Source of the DNA: a virus | Lineage: Duplodnaviria > Caudoviricetes | Direction: 5' to 3' (one strand) | IMG/VR virus record: IMGVR_UViG_3300034022_000282 | Span: 1 to 63,602 of that record | Length of the DNA stretch: 63,602 bases | Part shown: piece after piece, positions 48,421 through 58,464 of the stretch | Layout: the number at the start of each line of letters is the position of its first letter | Position numbering within the stretch: position 1 is the first letter of the stretch | Notes under the pieces: model-generated | Told to the model about the DNA's origin: nothing | The model's input: only the letters and a program-made list of their open reading frames with translations | Databases searched by the model: none | Made by a program: the position numbers and the translations under genes

Positions 48421-49061
48421 TATAGTTTTAGTTTAAATTGTTGAACTTCTGCTCTAAGATCTTGATAGAAAGTAAATACTATCTTTCTTTCTTCAAAAGT
48501 CTCTACAGGAGTATAAATTGGAAATGATCCAGTAACATATTTTACTTCGTCATCTTTAATAATACCCATATTTGTAAGTACATCCTCAAAGGTCTTAATA
48601 TAAACGGCTGCAAAATTAGTATTATCTAATGTCTTATGGCTGTATGGGCAAAACCAATTAACCACCATAACAATAGGATAATCCTGACTTACAAAGGGTT
48701 GTATTCCTTCTAATGCTTCTTTGTAAAATTCATGCAAAGCATTTACTATTTTAACCCTGGTAAATTGTCCACCATTTTGACTATAAAATATTTGGCCATT
48801 GATAGGAACATATTTAGATGTACCTGCAGCTAAAGGATTAGCTATAATTCTTTGGTTTTCTGCTGTTATAACATAGCCCTCTAAATCATAACCTATTGCT
48901 TTATACTTTTTAGGGATGTCTAAAATTTCTTTTTTAACTTTACCTCTTCCTGTTTTAGAATGAAAATACTTAGTTAATCTAGACTTTGATGTTTGTACTT
49001 GGTAAATATATTCTGGTATTGTAATAACTTTTATTGCTTTAAATAATTTTTTGTCTAACAT
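48420..49061 (-). CDS. RusA-like Holliday junction resolvase
   Basis: LDNTN....KTFEDVL...GIIKDD motif. Confidence 0.55.
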   Translation of the reverse strand: MLDKKLFKAIKVITIPEYIYQVQTSKSRLTKYFHSKTGRGKVKKEILDIPKKYKAIGYDLEGYVITAENQRIIANPLAAGTSKYVPINGQIFYSQNGGQFTRVKIVNALHEFYKEALEGIQPFVSQDYPIVMVVNWFCPYSHKTLDNTNFAAVYIKTFEDVLTNMGIIKDDEVKYVTGSFPIYTPVETFEERKIVFTFYQDLRAEVQQFKLKL

Positions 49062-49909
49062 TCTTCTCCTTCTTCTATTGTGTTATAATCTATACCATAT
49101 GTAAACTCATTTACTTTAATTTTAAATTTAGTTACAAGTTCTTTAAATTTTTCTTTAAACTTCTCTTCAAACTTATTGTAAACAAATTGATGATGTTCTT
49201 CTTTGCTACAATACGATCTGTAACCGTTTGAATCTATTAAATTAACAGATCTAAAGCTAAATCCTAATGACTCAGTAAACCCTTTAAAACTAATAGAATT
49301 TCTATATGGGTTATGCCAAATTGTTTCTGCATGATTTGTAAATATATCCATTAGGTATACTTTATCATCTTCCCAGTTAGCATTAGACATAAACTCCATA
49401 GCCATTGTTACATTACTAACTTCATTAGATTTAAGTAATTGCATTATGTTACTATACAAATCAAACGTAACTTCATATTTATACAAAGAACTATAAATAT
49501 CTTTTACTTGTAAATATTTATAATCTTTTAAAAAATCTACAATACGGTTGTCTATAAAGTCTTCAGCTCTTATTCTATCGTTAAATCTAAATGATTCTTC
49601 ACGTAAATTCCAACCTAAATCAATCATGTCTTCTTTAAAACTTAAAAAATTATCTACTATAATAAAAGTAGCATTATCTTTAGATCTAGTAATTTTAAAC
49701 CCAGCTTCTCTTAATTTAGTTTGAGATATTGATTTAGTCTCAACATAAACAGTTTCTGTTTTTGTTATAGGTAAATCATATTTAGGTATATTAATTAGAA
49801 ATTGTTTTAAATCCGGATATGAATAATAGGTATAGTTTCTATGAGGACGATGATCATTGTCTTTAGGTTTTACTAATCCTAAATCTAATCTTTCTTGATA
49901 AAAATCCAT
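49055..49909 (-). CDS. hypothetical protein, paralogue of 49911..50738
   Basis: Shared segments ITRSKDNATFII and YSNIMQLLKSNEVSNVTMAMEFMSN. Confidence 0.6.
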   Translation of the reverse strand: MDFYQERLDLGLVKPKDNDHRPHRNYTYYSYPDLKQFLINIPKYDLPITKTETVYVETKSISQTKLREAGFKITRSKDNATFIIVDNFLSFKEDMIDLGWNLREESFRFNDRIRAEDFIDNRIVDFLKDYKYLQVKDIYSSLYKYEVTFDLYSNIMQLLKSNEVSNVTMAMEFMSNANWEDDKVYLMDIFTNHAETIWHNPYRNSISFKGFTESLGFSFRSVNLIDSNGYRSYCSKEEHHQFVYNKFEEKFKEKFKELVTKFKIKVNEFTYGIDYNTIEEGEEC

Positions 49910-49910
49910 G

Positions 49911-50738
49911 TTATTTTAATTTAATGTGAAAATCAGTTAATACAAACTTTTCTGTGCCAAAATAAGAACTAAAATAATTAACGTTAATATGCTTAGAAAA
50001 ATCAGCTCTCATTTTCTGTACAATACAATCTAATACATCTTGAACTGTAACTATATTTATGATAGCATCTAAATTAGCATTTAATAAATTATGTAAATTA
50101 ATATTTTTAGAAGAATAATAGTTTTTTATAATGTTTTTAGTATCATAAAAAAGTAATTTATTACCTTCTTTATGATAAATATATAAAATCCAATCTAAAT
50201 TTTTATCTAAATCTGAGTTTATAAGCATAGAAGCTGCAATTTGTAAATTATCAGGAGCACCTGAATCCATTAAACTTTTAATAGTAGTATAGTTTTCTTT
50301 ATCTATTATAAAACCATTATTTAAACTATCGTTAAGTGAATCTTGATTTACATATTCTACAACTTGACCTCTACTAAAAAAGTCTAATATTTGCTCTAAA
50401 GTTTGATAATCTTCTGGATATAAATTATTAGTAGAATACATTACATCTCCTGTGTCTACTTCAGTCATACAGTTATTAACTGAATCATAGAATATAGGAT
50501 AAAGATTAATATCAAACTTTTTAATAATACAATAATTAGCCTTTTCTTTTTTAATTACCCTGGAGATGTTAGTTCCAGAGTAATCACTTATTATTTTAGG
50601 TATTGTAGTATTCTTTAAAAAGAATATATTCTTATCATTTGGAATTGTTTTGTTAAACGTAGACCAAATTGTAGATAAATAATCTTTAAATGCTTGATCA
50701 ACGTATTTAGCACCGTTAGTTGTTATAATTAGTCTCAT
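49911..50738 (-). CDS. hypothetical protein, paralogue of 49055..49909
   Basis: ISRVIKKEKANYCII and YTTIKSLMDSGAPDNLQIAASMLIN. Confidence 0.6.
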   Translation of the reverse strand: MRLIITTNGAKYVDQAFKDYLSTIWSTFNKTIPNDKNIFFLKNTTIPKIISDYSGTNISRVIKKEKANYCIIKKFDINLYPIFYDSVNNCMTEVDTGDVMYSTNNLYPEDYQTLEQILDFFSRGQVVEYVNQDSLNDSLNNGFIIDKENYTTIKSLMDSGAPDNLQIAASMLINSDLDKNLDWILYIYHKEGNKLLFYDTKNIIKNYYSSKNINLHNLLNANLDAIINIVTVQDVLDCIVQKMRADFSKHINVNYFSSYFGTEKFVLTDFHIKLK

Positions 50739-51955
50739 TATGCTGTCATGTATTTAATAAATCTCGGATCCGAAGCTAATAACCCTGTAAAGTTATTACC
50801 ACAAGAAATTGTTTGTTTAACCATTAAGAACTTTTGATCTACTGAAAAAGATGGGTGCAACACTAATTCTAAATACTGCTTAATGTTATCCTTAGATAAA
50901 CCTTTAGCATTAAACCTAATATAGTTATACATCCTTGTACATAATATAGCAGCAGTAGCACCTTTCCAGTTAACTGAATCTTGTTCAGAATCACCACATG
51001 CACCGGTTAGTTGAGCTTTAGCTGTTGGTAAATCATATTCTTTTATCAGTTTTTCTATTGAAGGAAGCTTATCTAACTTTTTGTTTACAAAATTGATTAG
51101 CTGACTTGTAATGTTACTACCTACGGTAATATCACCAAACATAGAAATCTTATCAAGATGCTTCTCAAACTCATCAATAGTAGATGTTAAGCTAAAAAAC
51201 TTATCCATCATACGAGGAGATATGTTATTACTAGCACTAATACCTTCAGATTTTTTATTCTCTAATAATTCTGGTGCCCATAATACAAAGTTTATTAACC
51301 TCTCATCTAAACCAACTTTTTCTGCTCTTTCTGCCCAATCTTTAGCATCCCATACCATATTAATTTTAGCCATACGATCTGTTTGAGCATTATCTTGACT
51401 AGATACATTGTACTCACCGTTATCAGGATTTTCACTTAGAAAGATTTGAACTTTCTTTTCTTTTAAATCCCAACCAATCATGGTACCCTCGTTAACCAAT
51501 TCCATTACAGCTTGACTAAACAAACTATTTGAACGGCTATAATCATCTAGTAATAAAATACCATTTTCTTGTAAATTAGTTACCCAATCTGGAGGACATG
51601 GTACAGTTCTAGTTTTGTTAGTATATCTAAAACCATTCTCTGCTGCTTTAGGTAATAAGTTTTCAGTAATCCATCTTACTTCACTTTTAGCATTTATTAC
51701 TTGGTATTCTTTACTGTAATAACCTATTAATTCTGATGGTTCTGTTAACTGAGCTAAATTTAATTTGTATAAATCTCTACCTAGATCAGTAGCTAAATCT
51801 CTACATATAGTAGTTTTACCTATACCTCTCTCACCGATTAAGCTTACACTAATTGGAATACCTCCATTTTTCATAATCTCATCATTAGCTTTAACCACAT
51901 CTACTAATACTTTGTAGGTTTCGTTTGGTTTATATGTTGTTGTTTTCTTTGCCAT
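50738..51955 (-). CDS. MoxR-like AAA+ ATPase
   Basis: Walker A GERGIGKT, Walker B LLLDDYSR, NP..GEY, SPR sensor II. Confidence 0.85.
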   Translation of the reverse strand: MAKKTTTYKPNETYKVLVDVVKANDEIMKNGGIPISVSLIGERGIGKTTICRDLATDLGRDLYKLNLAQLTEPSELIGYYSKEYQVINAKSEVRWITENLLPKAAENGFRYTNKTRTVPCPPDWVTNLQENGILLLDDYSRSNSLFSQAVMELVNEGTMIGWDLKEKKVQIFLSENPDNGEYNVSSQDNAQTDRMAKINMVWDAKDWAERAEKVGLDERLINFVLWAPELLENKKSEGISASNNISPRMMDKFFSLTSTIDEFEKHLDKISMFGDITVGSNITSQLINFVNKKLDKLPSIEKLIKEYDLPTAKAQLTGACGDSEQDSVNWKGATAAILCTRMYNYIRFNAKGLSKDNIKQYLELVLHPSFSVDQKFLMVKQTISCGNNFTGLLASDPRFIKYMTA

Positions 51956-51968
51956 TGTTTAATATTTT

Positions 51969-53147
51969 TTAATTGTTTGTTGGAATTTTAATCCATTGTG
52001 CATGATCTTGTATACTCTGTTCAGTGCCGTTAGAACTAATCACCCATAGTAATCTTTTACTACATTTAGGTGGAACTTCTGCATGACCATCTGTAAATAT
52101 TATACATGATTGATACTTGGATTCATTAAAATAATTTACTGCTGCCGTGAATGATGTTCCCCCACAATAGGTTCTTGGAAACTCATTATTACCTTTGTAT
52201 TTAACAATTCCAGATACTCCGGTGTCAAAAGCTCTAATCTCAATATCAGTTTTCTTTTGTAAATGATATATCTCGTTTAAGAAATCATATAACTCATTTT
52301 CTGATACGGATCCTGACTCATCTACTAGTATTAACATCTTGTTTAGAGGCTTTAATACTATTTTTGGTTGGCCTGGAAATCTTTGATTCTCTTTAATCTT
52401 AGTAGACTTAATAAAAAACTTAGTTGAATTACCTACAAAGTTTCTTATATACTTACTATAGTTAAATGCTGGTTTAGGTTTAACAAATCCTGATATTAAT
52501 TGATCAATTTCTACTGGTATATGACCTTGAGACTTTTTAATCTCTTCAGCTATACTTTCTATAGTATGCTCAATTTGTACTTTTAAAGCTTCTTTCTCAC
52601 TATCTGTTAAGTTGTCTACCTTGTTACCATCACCATCAACTATTACCCAAACATGTTGAGATTTTTCATCAATACCCATCTTTTCTTGTTCTTCTTCAGA
52701 TAGTTTACTTAGCTCATTATAATAATGATGTCTACCTGCATGTGCTTTCCAATTTAAGTTAGGGTGTTTTTCTTGAAAGTCTTCTAGGAATATTCCCCAT
52801 GATGGTAAATTAGCTTTACCTATTCTTTGGTTAATATCTAAGTCACATGCTACATTATCCATTTTACTATTAGGATATGCATCCATAGTAATTAAATGGA
52901 ATTGACATAAATGTTGTGCTTCATGTAATAACACACCATACCTTATTTCTTCTGCATGTTTAAACCACTCATCTGGATTAATTAGTAAAGCAAAATCCAT
53001 AGTAGATTTGTTTACACTTACTGCAGCTAGTGGAATCTCTTTGTTTTCTTTCTTTTCTATTGTAGATAAAAACAAACCATAGAATATATCATTGATTAAT
53101 ATCTTCTTGGTTAACTTGTTTATATCTAGTATTAAGTTTTGTTGCAT
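51969..53147 (-). CDS. metallopeptidase-like (HExxH) plus vWA domain protein (DUF2201-like)
   Basis: LLHEAQH, NVACDLDIN; MIDAS DESGS, GGTSF, FTDG. Confidence 0.85.
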   Translation of the reverse strand: MQQNLILDINKLTKKILINDIFYGLFLSTIEKKENKEIPLAAVSVNKSTMDFALLINPDEWFKHAEEIRYGVLLHEAQHLCQFHLITMDAYPNSKMDNVACDLDINQRIGKANLPSWGIFLEDFQEKHPNLNWKAHAGRHHYYNELSKLSEEEQEKMGIDEKSQHVWVIVDGDGNKVDNLTDSEKEALKVQIEHTIESIAEEIKKSQGHIPVEIDQLISGFVKPKPAFNYSKYIRNFVGNSTKFFIKSTKIKENQRFPGQPKIVLKPLNKMLILVDESGSVSENELYDFLNEIYHLQKKTDIEIRAFDTGVSGIVKYKGNNEFPRTYCGGTSFTAAVNYFNESKYQSCIIFTDGHAEVPPKCSKRLLWVISSNGTEQSIQDHAQWIKIPTNN

Positions 53148-53169
53148 AGTGTTTAAATAAAAAGAGCAG

Positions 53170-54144
53170 CTATAAAAGCTGCTCTATTAATTGTTTTGTT
53201 TCTTGAAATCCATATAAGTTCCGATAGTCACTTATGTCTTTGGCACCTAAATATCCTTTCTTTCTATTCCAGAGTTTATCTGTAAAAAAGAATGGTTTTA
53301 TGTTATGCAGCTTCCTCATTTTCCAAGCTAAATGTATTCCGGTATTATCGTAATCCATAAGAGTATATATATTCTTAAACCTAAGTTTTAAATCAATAAT
53401 AACTTCTTCCGAAAGTAATATACTCTCTGCTTGAGGTGCTACAGCACATATACCTTGTTCATATAATGTACCTACATCTTTAAAAGACTTAGTAATAACT
53501 AATAAATCACCTGATTCTGGTAACATGTCGTAACCTTGAACATCTAGTTTATTAGTATTACTTAAAAATCTCCATTCTCTATTCTTATAAAAGTACAGTT
53601 TCCACCTACCTTTGAAGTAATAACCAATGCAAGGATTATAATCACTATACGTATACAACATCACATCATTTATCCAATAATGTTTTATTGAAAACCATTT
53701 TGCTTTTTTACAAAATTCTCCTGTAATCCCATAACCTTTTAAATATTCTATATCTACTCTACTAAATGGTTGAATAGTTACTTTTATATCTTTAGGTTTA
53801 TGTTCTTCTTTAGGTCTAATAACAACATAGTTACTAATTGTATGATTATTAAAAAACAAATCATATACTGTATTTAATGCTTTGTAATAATTGCAATTTT
53901 CATTGTTCATTACTATATTAATACATGTATATGTTTGTTTCCAAGCTGGATCATGGAAATATAATATACCTCCATTCCAGTAAAACCAACAATCAGCTTT
54001 GGTATCGTTCCTTAATGGATTACAAAACTTCTTGTTGAGTTGACAAAACCCAAAATACTTGAGATAAACATCTTCTTGGTTTATCTTATCAAATAACCAG
54101 TCAAAGGTCATCTCAAGTGGTTTAATATTTGGGCTTCCGTACAT
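53170..54144 (-). CDS. DNA primase (crAss-type, TOPRIM)
   Basis: CNPLRND...C, ITKSFKDV, APQAE, MDYDNTG, AKDISD. Confidence 0.8.
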   Translation of the reverse strand: MYGSPNIKPLEMTFDWLFDKINQEDVYLKYFGFCQLNKKFCNPLRNDTKADCWFYWNGGILYFHDPAWKQTYTCINIVMNNENCNYYKALNTVYDLFFNNHTISNYVVIRPKEEHKPKDIKVTIQPFSRVDIEYLKGYGITGEFCKKAKWFSIKHYWINDVMLYTYSDYNPCIGYYFKGRWKLYFYKNREWRFLSNTNKLDVQGYDMLPESGDLLVITKSFKDVGTLYEQGICAVAPQAESILLSEEVIIDLKLRFKNIYTLMDYDNTGIHLAWKMRKLHNIKPFFFTDKLWNRKKGYLGAKDISDYRNLYGFQETKQLIEQLL

Positions 54145-54156
54145 AATTGTTTAGAT

Positions 54157-54198
54157 TAAAATGGTAATTAAAAAGTGTTATTTCTTACTACCATTTTA
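54157..54198 (-). promoter_or_regulatory. intergenic hairpin between SSB and primase
   Basis: TAAAATGGTAGT...ATTACCATTTTA stem (- strand) ending 12 nt before the primase ATG. Confidence 0.45.
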
Positions 54199-54729
54199 GA
54201 AAGGAAGTTCGTCAGTTGCTGTTCCCATATCAAGAACAGTGCTATCAGTTGGATTAGCTGTAGGCTTAGTTGTTTTAGCTGCTTCACTAGATGATAATAC
54301 TAAACGAGTAGAATTACTCATAGCTCTAACACAACCATCATACTTAGGCATTTCTAAATAACCTTTGCTACCGTAAACTAATTTGATTTCCAATAAGGTA
54401 TCTTTTTGGTTTACAATATCAGCAAATTTATTAGCCATATCTTCATAAGAAGTAAATTGAGTTGGAAACGTATCTGTTCCTGTTACTTCCTTAACCCATC
54501 TACGTAGACGAACTAATTGGTTCTTCATTTTATCTTCTGTATCTTGTGCCCATTCTGTAACTGTAAGTTTCTGGCCAGTAGGACCTTCAATATCAATACA
54601 TAATACTGCATCACCACTATTGTCTTTTCTAGGGCTTCTAAATTGAGCACTAACAGTTACATTTTGGTTAATACCTGGGTTAAAGTTGTTACTTTCTCTT
54701 AATTCGATTTTTTCTGATGTTCCGTACAT
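54196..54729 (-). CDS. putative single-stranded DNA-binding protein
   Basis: 177 aa with acidic-aromatic tail TATDELPF; lies next to the Sak4-like ATPase and primase. Confidence 0.65.
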   Translation of the reverse strand: MYGTSEKIELRESNNFNPGINQNVTVSAQFRSPRKDNSGDAVLCIDIEGPTGQKLTVTEWAQDTEDKMKNQLVRLRRWVKEVTGTDTFPTQFTSYEDMANKFADIVNQKDTLLEIKLVYGSKGYLEMPKYDGCVRAMSNSTRLVLSSSEAAKTTKPTANPTDSTVLDMGTATDELPF

Positions 54730-54753
54730 ATTCTTATTTATTTAAATTGTTTA

Positions 54754-55014
54754 TTAAAATCCTGTTTCAAATACTGTTTCTTCTATTTCTGGTGCTGGGC
54801 ACTCTTCAATTTCAACTACTATGTTTTCTACTGTATCTTCATCAACTAATACATACTTAGGAGCTTTCTTAATCTTAATAGTTAACTCTAAAGCTTTAGC
54901 CCAATCATTAATTACTGAAACTGGTACTCCGTACTTAGCTTTTAATTCAGTTCTAGTCAATTCTGCATTTACGTCTGCAATAAAATCTGTCTTGTTAATC
55001 TTTACTTGTGTCAT
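54754..55014 (-). CDS. small HTH-like protein with acidic tail
   Basis: LTRTELKAKYGVPVSVINDW. Confidence 0.5.
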   Translation of the reverse strand: MTQVKINKTDFIADVNAELTRTELKAKYGVPVSVINDWAKALELTIKIKKAPKYVLVDEDTVENIVVEIEECPAPEIEETVFETGF

Positions 55015-55018
55015 ATTT

Positions 55019-55699
55019 TTAGTTATTATATTCTTCTATTTTCTTAATTACAAATGATAAATCATTTTTTATTTCTAATGTATCAAACATTCCTCTTGGA
55101 GATTTACCTGTATTACTACCATCATTTTGGGTAATAAATACATAGTCTAACCCTTTCTCTAGTTTGATAACCTTGGTGTAAAGCACAATACTAAACATAC
55201 CTTCTATATTTAGGTATTGATCTACTAGCTTACCTACTGATTTTGCTTTAATAATCTTATTACCCAATGCATCAGTGTCTACTTCTGGGTGCATCATAAC
55301 AATAAAATTAATGTTTTCTCTAAGACCACAACCTTTAGTTATGATGTTAGAGTAATTAACACCTATATCAGTAAACTTCTGAAAACCTGTTTCTTTAGCA
55401 CGTTTGATATATTCAAATGCCATAATATAATTAGCATCGTCAATAATTACGTTTCTTATCTCAGGTCTTTTAGTGTCAATATAATCCAACACTTGTATAA
55501 TTTGTGCTGCATTATCTACATTAAACAAATTACCAGTAGGGTTCTCTTTATTCCATTCTTTGTATTTGCCTTTGTAACCTTTAAAAGGTAAAGCTTTTTT
55601 AGCTGGATTAATGATAGCAGTACTTTCACTGTCTAGTTCTGTCAATGAGGTACTCTTACCGGTACCTGATTGGCCAATAATTAATATTTCTTGTGCCAT
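55019..55699 (-). CDS. Sak4/AAA_24-like P-loop ATPase
   Basis: IIGQSGTGKSTS, IIDDANY, GKLVD...IEG.F.IVL, KSPRGMF. Confidence 0.8.
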   Translation of the reverse strand: MAQEILIIGQSGTGKSTSLTELDSESTAIINPAKKALPFKGYKGKYKEWNKENPTGNLFNVDNAAQIIQVLDYIDTKRPEIRNVIIDDANYIMAFEYIKRAKETGFQKFTDIGVNYSNIITKGCGLRENINFIVMMHPEVDTDALGNKIIKAKSVGKLVDQYLNIEGMFSIVLYTKVIKLEKGLDYVFITQNDGSNTGKSPRGMFDTLEIKNDLSFVIKKIEEYNN

Positions 55700-56785
55700 T
55701 TAATTTATATATTTATTATAATCTTGTTCCGTCATGTCAACTGCCGGTGGTAATTCCTCAAAGTAATTAGTTGCACCGTTAAAGTAGGTACCGATATAGA
55801 AATTAATTAAACCATTATTCCTATCCTTTAAGAACTTAATACTACGATATTTATTCTTTAACTTACTTATATCATAGCCTCTGTGTCTTTTAATACCATA
55901 TCTTTCTGGTGCAAATAATCCTAAGACTAAGTCAGCATCACGTTGGGTTTCTTTGTTATTAGCTAAACCATCTAGTGATGGCTCTAGCTTTTCTTCTATA
56001 GAAATACCCTGGTAATACTCTGCTTTTTCTTTAGATGCTTCTTGCTGTTGAATATTAATAGTTACACAACCATACTTTTTAGTAAAACCTTTTAAACAAA
56101 AGTGCTTACTAAACCTACCCATTGCTTCGTGAAGTGATTCACCTTTTTCTGGAGTAAGTAAACTAATATGGTCTGTAATTACAAATACCCACAGGTTTGG
56201 ATTAGTGTATACATATCTTTTGGATACCTTTTCTGCATGAGCTACATCAAACTCTTCATGTCCTACAGCAGGATTATTAAAGTAATCAGCTACATATTTG
56301 TAAATCCCATAAGGATTAAATATATAGTCTACTACTTCAATATAATTCTGCATGTCTTCAATTAACTCTTGGCAATCTTCTACTTTCTGCAGAACATCAT
56401 CTGTTAAATAGAATTCACCTAATGATTTTAATTGATTTGGAGATAAAGATATTTGATACTTTTCAAACAGTAAAGTAGATATGATACCTAACCAGAAACT
56501 TTCTGAGGTTTCTTCTAGAGCAAAATAGAATATCTTACTTTCTATTTCTGGTTTATTTTTAACAAACTCATAGACAGATGTTACTGATAGAAACTTTGCT
56601 AATTTTGTTTTACCGATACCTGATGAAGCAGTTATAATGCTGTAACTAGATTTAGTCCATCCTGGAAATAACTTAGATAATCTATTAAATGGAAACAATA
56701 CTGAGGTAATTTTACCCTCATCTTTTAGTTTCTTATTTAGTTTTAGTTTATCAACCAGTTCTTTAAACATCGTTTCCTGTGTCAT
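55700..56785 (-). CDS. dnaB: replicative DNA helicase (DnaB/SF4)
   Basis: ASSGIGKT, YFALEE, ITDHISLL, IQQQ, RDADLVLGLF.P, LKDRN. Confidence 0.85.
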   Translation of the reverse strand: MTQETMFKELVDKLKLNKKLKDEGKITSVLFPFNRLSKLFPGWTKSSYSIITASSGIGKTKLAKFLSVTSVYEFVKNKPEIESKIFYFALEETSESFWLGIISTLLFEKYQISLSPNQLKSLGEFYLTDDVLQKVEDCQELIEDMQNYIEVVDYIFNPYGIYKYVADYFNNPAVGHEEFDVAHAEKVSKRYVYTNPNLWVFVITDHISLLTPEKGESLHEAMGRFSKHFCLKGFTKKYGCVTINIQQQEASKEKAEYYQGISIEEKLEPSLDGLANNKETQRDADLVLGLFAPERYGIKRHRGYDISKLKNKYRSIKFLKDRNNGLINFYIGTYFNGATNYFEELPPAVDMTEQDYNKYIN

Positions 56786-57365
56786 AGCTTTCCTCCATCA
56801 TTTTCTTAATACTATCTATAGTACCTTTGGTTAGAAACTTACTAATATGGGTATTACACAAACCTTTCTCCTTGGCATATTCTAATATACCTTTCATTTC
56901 TTCGTGTTTATGTATGCTGTTTTTGATTAATTTGCAATAATCTACTGCAATTTTATCTAAATCCCCATTCTTTGTAAAATAAATACTACCGTTAACACTG
57001 ATAGTATCTGGGTAAATCTCTAGTATCTCATCTAGTGCAAAGTTACCATTTATAAACATTAAATCCGAGAACTTTTGTGTAAGTATCAGCTGATCAATGG
57101 AATAATTTACTACTCCATTTAGTTGCTTAGATTTGATACCAAACACATAATCCTTGGAAATTAAATCATCTATTTCATTCTCTGACCAACCGGTACCTTC
57201 ATTACTCCACTTGTATATATTACCTATACTTTTGAACTTTAGTTTTTTATTAATTTTAAACATTTGTTCAGTGTATAATAAATACAACAGTAAAAATTGA
57301 TTTGTTGACAATCTGTTTTTAGTTAAAAACTCTACATAAGCATCTGTGTCATCTAATATTCCCAT
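56763..57365 (-). CDS. hypothetical replication-associated protein (possible helicase loader/initiator)
   Basis: 200 aa overlapping the dnaB start; wHTH-like N-terminus, ..IYP.. motif. Confidence 0.45.
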   Translation of the reverse strand: MGILDDTDAYVEFLTKNRLSTNQFLLLYLLYTEQMFKINKKLKFKSIGNIYKWSNEGTGWSENEIDDLISKDYVFGIKSKQLNGVVNYSIDQLILTQKFSDLMFINGNFALDEILEIYPDTISVNGSIYFTKNGDLDKIAVDYCKLIKNSIHKHEEMKGILEYAKEKGLCNTHISKFLTKGTIDSIKKMMEESYDTGNDV

Positions 57366-57424
57366 ATCATTTTTATTTAGTAATCTGTAAAAACAGTTAC
57401 TGTAGAGTTTTTAACTGATTATAA

Positions 57425-57574
57425 TTAATCTTCTGGATCTTTGGACATTAACTGATAGTAAGCTTCAGATTGTCTTTCGTCTTCAAGTCTATCTATGTCA
57501 ATTTCTTCCTCTATAGCACAGCATTGCTGTACGTTACACCAAGTAGGATCTTGGCATTTGTTACAAATGTTCAT
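57425..57574 (-). CDS. small Cys-rich acidic protein (49 aa; not in the ORF track)
   Basis: MNICNKCQDPTWCNVQQCCAIEEEIDIDRLEDERQSEAYYQLMSKDPED. Confidence 0.5.
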   Translation of the reverse strand: MNICNKCQDPTWCNVQQCCAIEEEIDIDRLEDERQSEAYYQLMSKDPED

Positions 57575-57734
57575 AATCTTCTTCTATTTCTATTTGTTCT
57601 CTTTGATTATATTCAATAAATACTAAAGCATCAGCAATCATTTCATTACCATATTTTTCTATTAGAGGTTCTAAAGATTCTCCTTTCTTTATGGCTATTG
57701 CTACAATTGTTATTATATCATTTAAGGTTCCCAT
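57561..57734 (-). CDS. small hypothetical protein (57 aa; not in the ORF track)
   Basis: MGTLNDIITIVAIAIKKGESLEPLIEKYGNEMIADALVFIEYNQ...; overlaps both neighbours. Confidence 0.5.
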   Translation of the reverse strand: MGTLNDIITIVAIAIKKGESLEPLIEKYGNEMIADALVFIEYNQREQIEIEEDYEHL

Positions 57735-58147
57735 TGTATAGTATGATTTTTAATATATTCTTGTAATCTGGTATAGATTTCTAACTCTTTACCAAAAAAC
57801 TCAGTATAACTTTTAAAATGTAATGCTGTTGAATGGTCTTTGATAATATTAAATAGTTTCTTGTACACATTCTTAGAATTAAATTCTTCTATGTCTACAG
57901 TTAGAACTGCTTTAACTAAATAACCTCTAGTTCTAGGTATTTTGTTACTACCACCTCTTTTATTCTTACCAAAATCAGTACGTAATTGGAATTTAGTAGT
58001 ATCAGTTAATATACATAGATAATCAAGTACATCATCTAAAGTTTTTACATTTGCTTTTAACTCTATTAAATACTCGTCATATTCTGCTGATAAGTCTATT
58101 TGTTTATTGTCAAGTAACCACTTATTCCATTCTTGTATCTCTATCAT
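57722..58147 (-). CDS. DnaA domain IV-like HTH protein
   Basis: R.......R...KDHSTALH signature. Confidence 0.5.
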   Translation of the reverse strand: MIEIQEWNKWLLDNKQIDLSAEYDEYLIELKANVKTLDDVLDYLCILTDTTKFQLRTDFGKNKRGGSNKIPRTRGYLVKAVLTVDIEEFNSKNVYKKLFNIIKDHSTALHFKSYTEFFGKELEIYTRLQEYIKNHTIQWEP

Positions 58148-58464
58148 TTTTGTTTTACTATTTCAATTAATTTAATTAGACAAGTAAGTTCTGCTTCTTC
58201 GTAGGTTTTAAAACCATAAAACCAATAAGGTAACATATCTTCTGTTTCAATAACAAACCTATCTTTTAAGACTGCATTATCTAACCCGTGCTTCTCTCTA
58301 AACCATCTAAAGGCTTGTGAGAATAATATTGCTTTACTTTCTGTTGTATAAGGCTTTAATGGTAAGACTTGCCCACTTACACTATATGTTCCTAAACCTT
58401 CTTCATCAAACCCTAATTCTTTTAAAGCTAATGCTTGTTCGTAAGGTATAAATTCTTTGTTCAT
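58144..58464 (-). CDS. hypothetical phage protein
   Basis: EFIPYEQALALKELGFDE...QAFRWFREK...TYEEAE. Confidence 0.65.
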   Translation of the reverse strand: MNKEFIPYEQALALKELGFDEEGLGTYSVSGQVLPLKPYTTESKAILFSQAFRWFREKHGLDNAVLKDRFVIETEDMLPYWFYGFKTYEEAELTCLIKLIEIVKQK

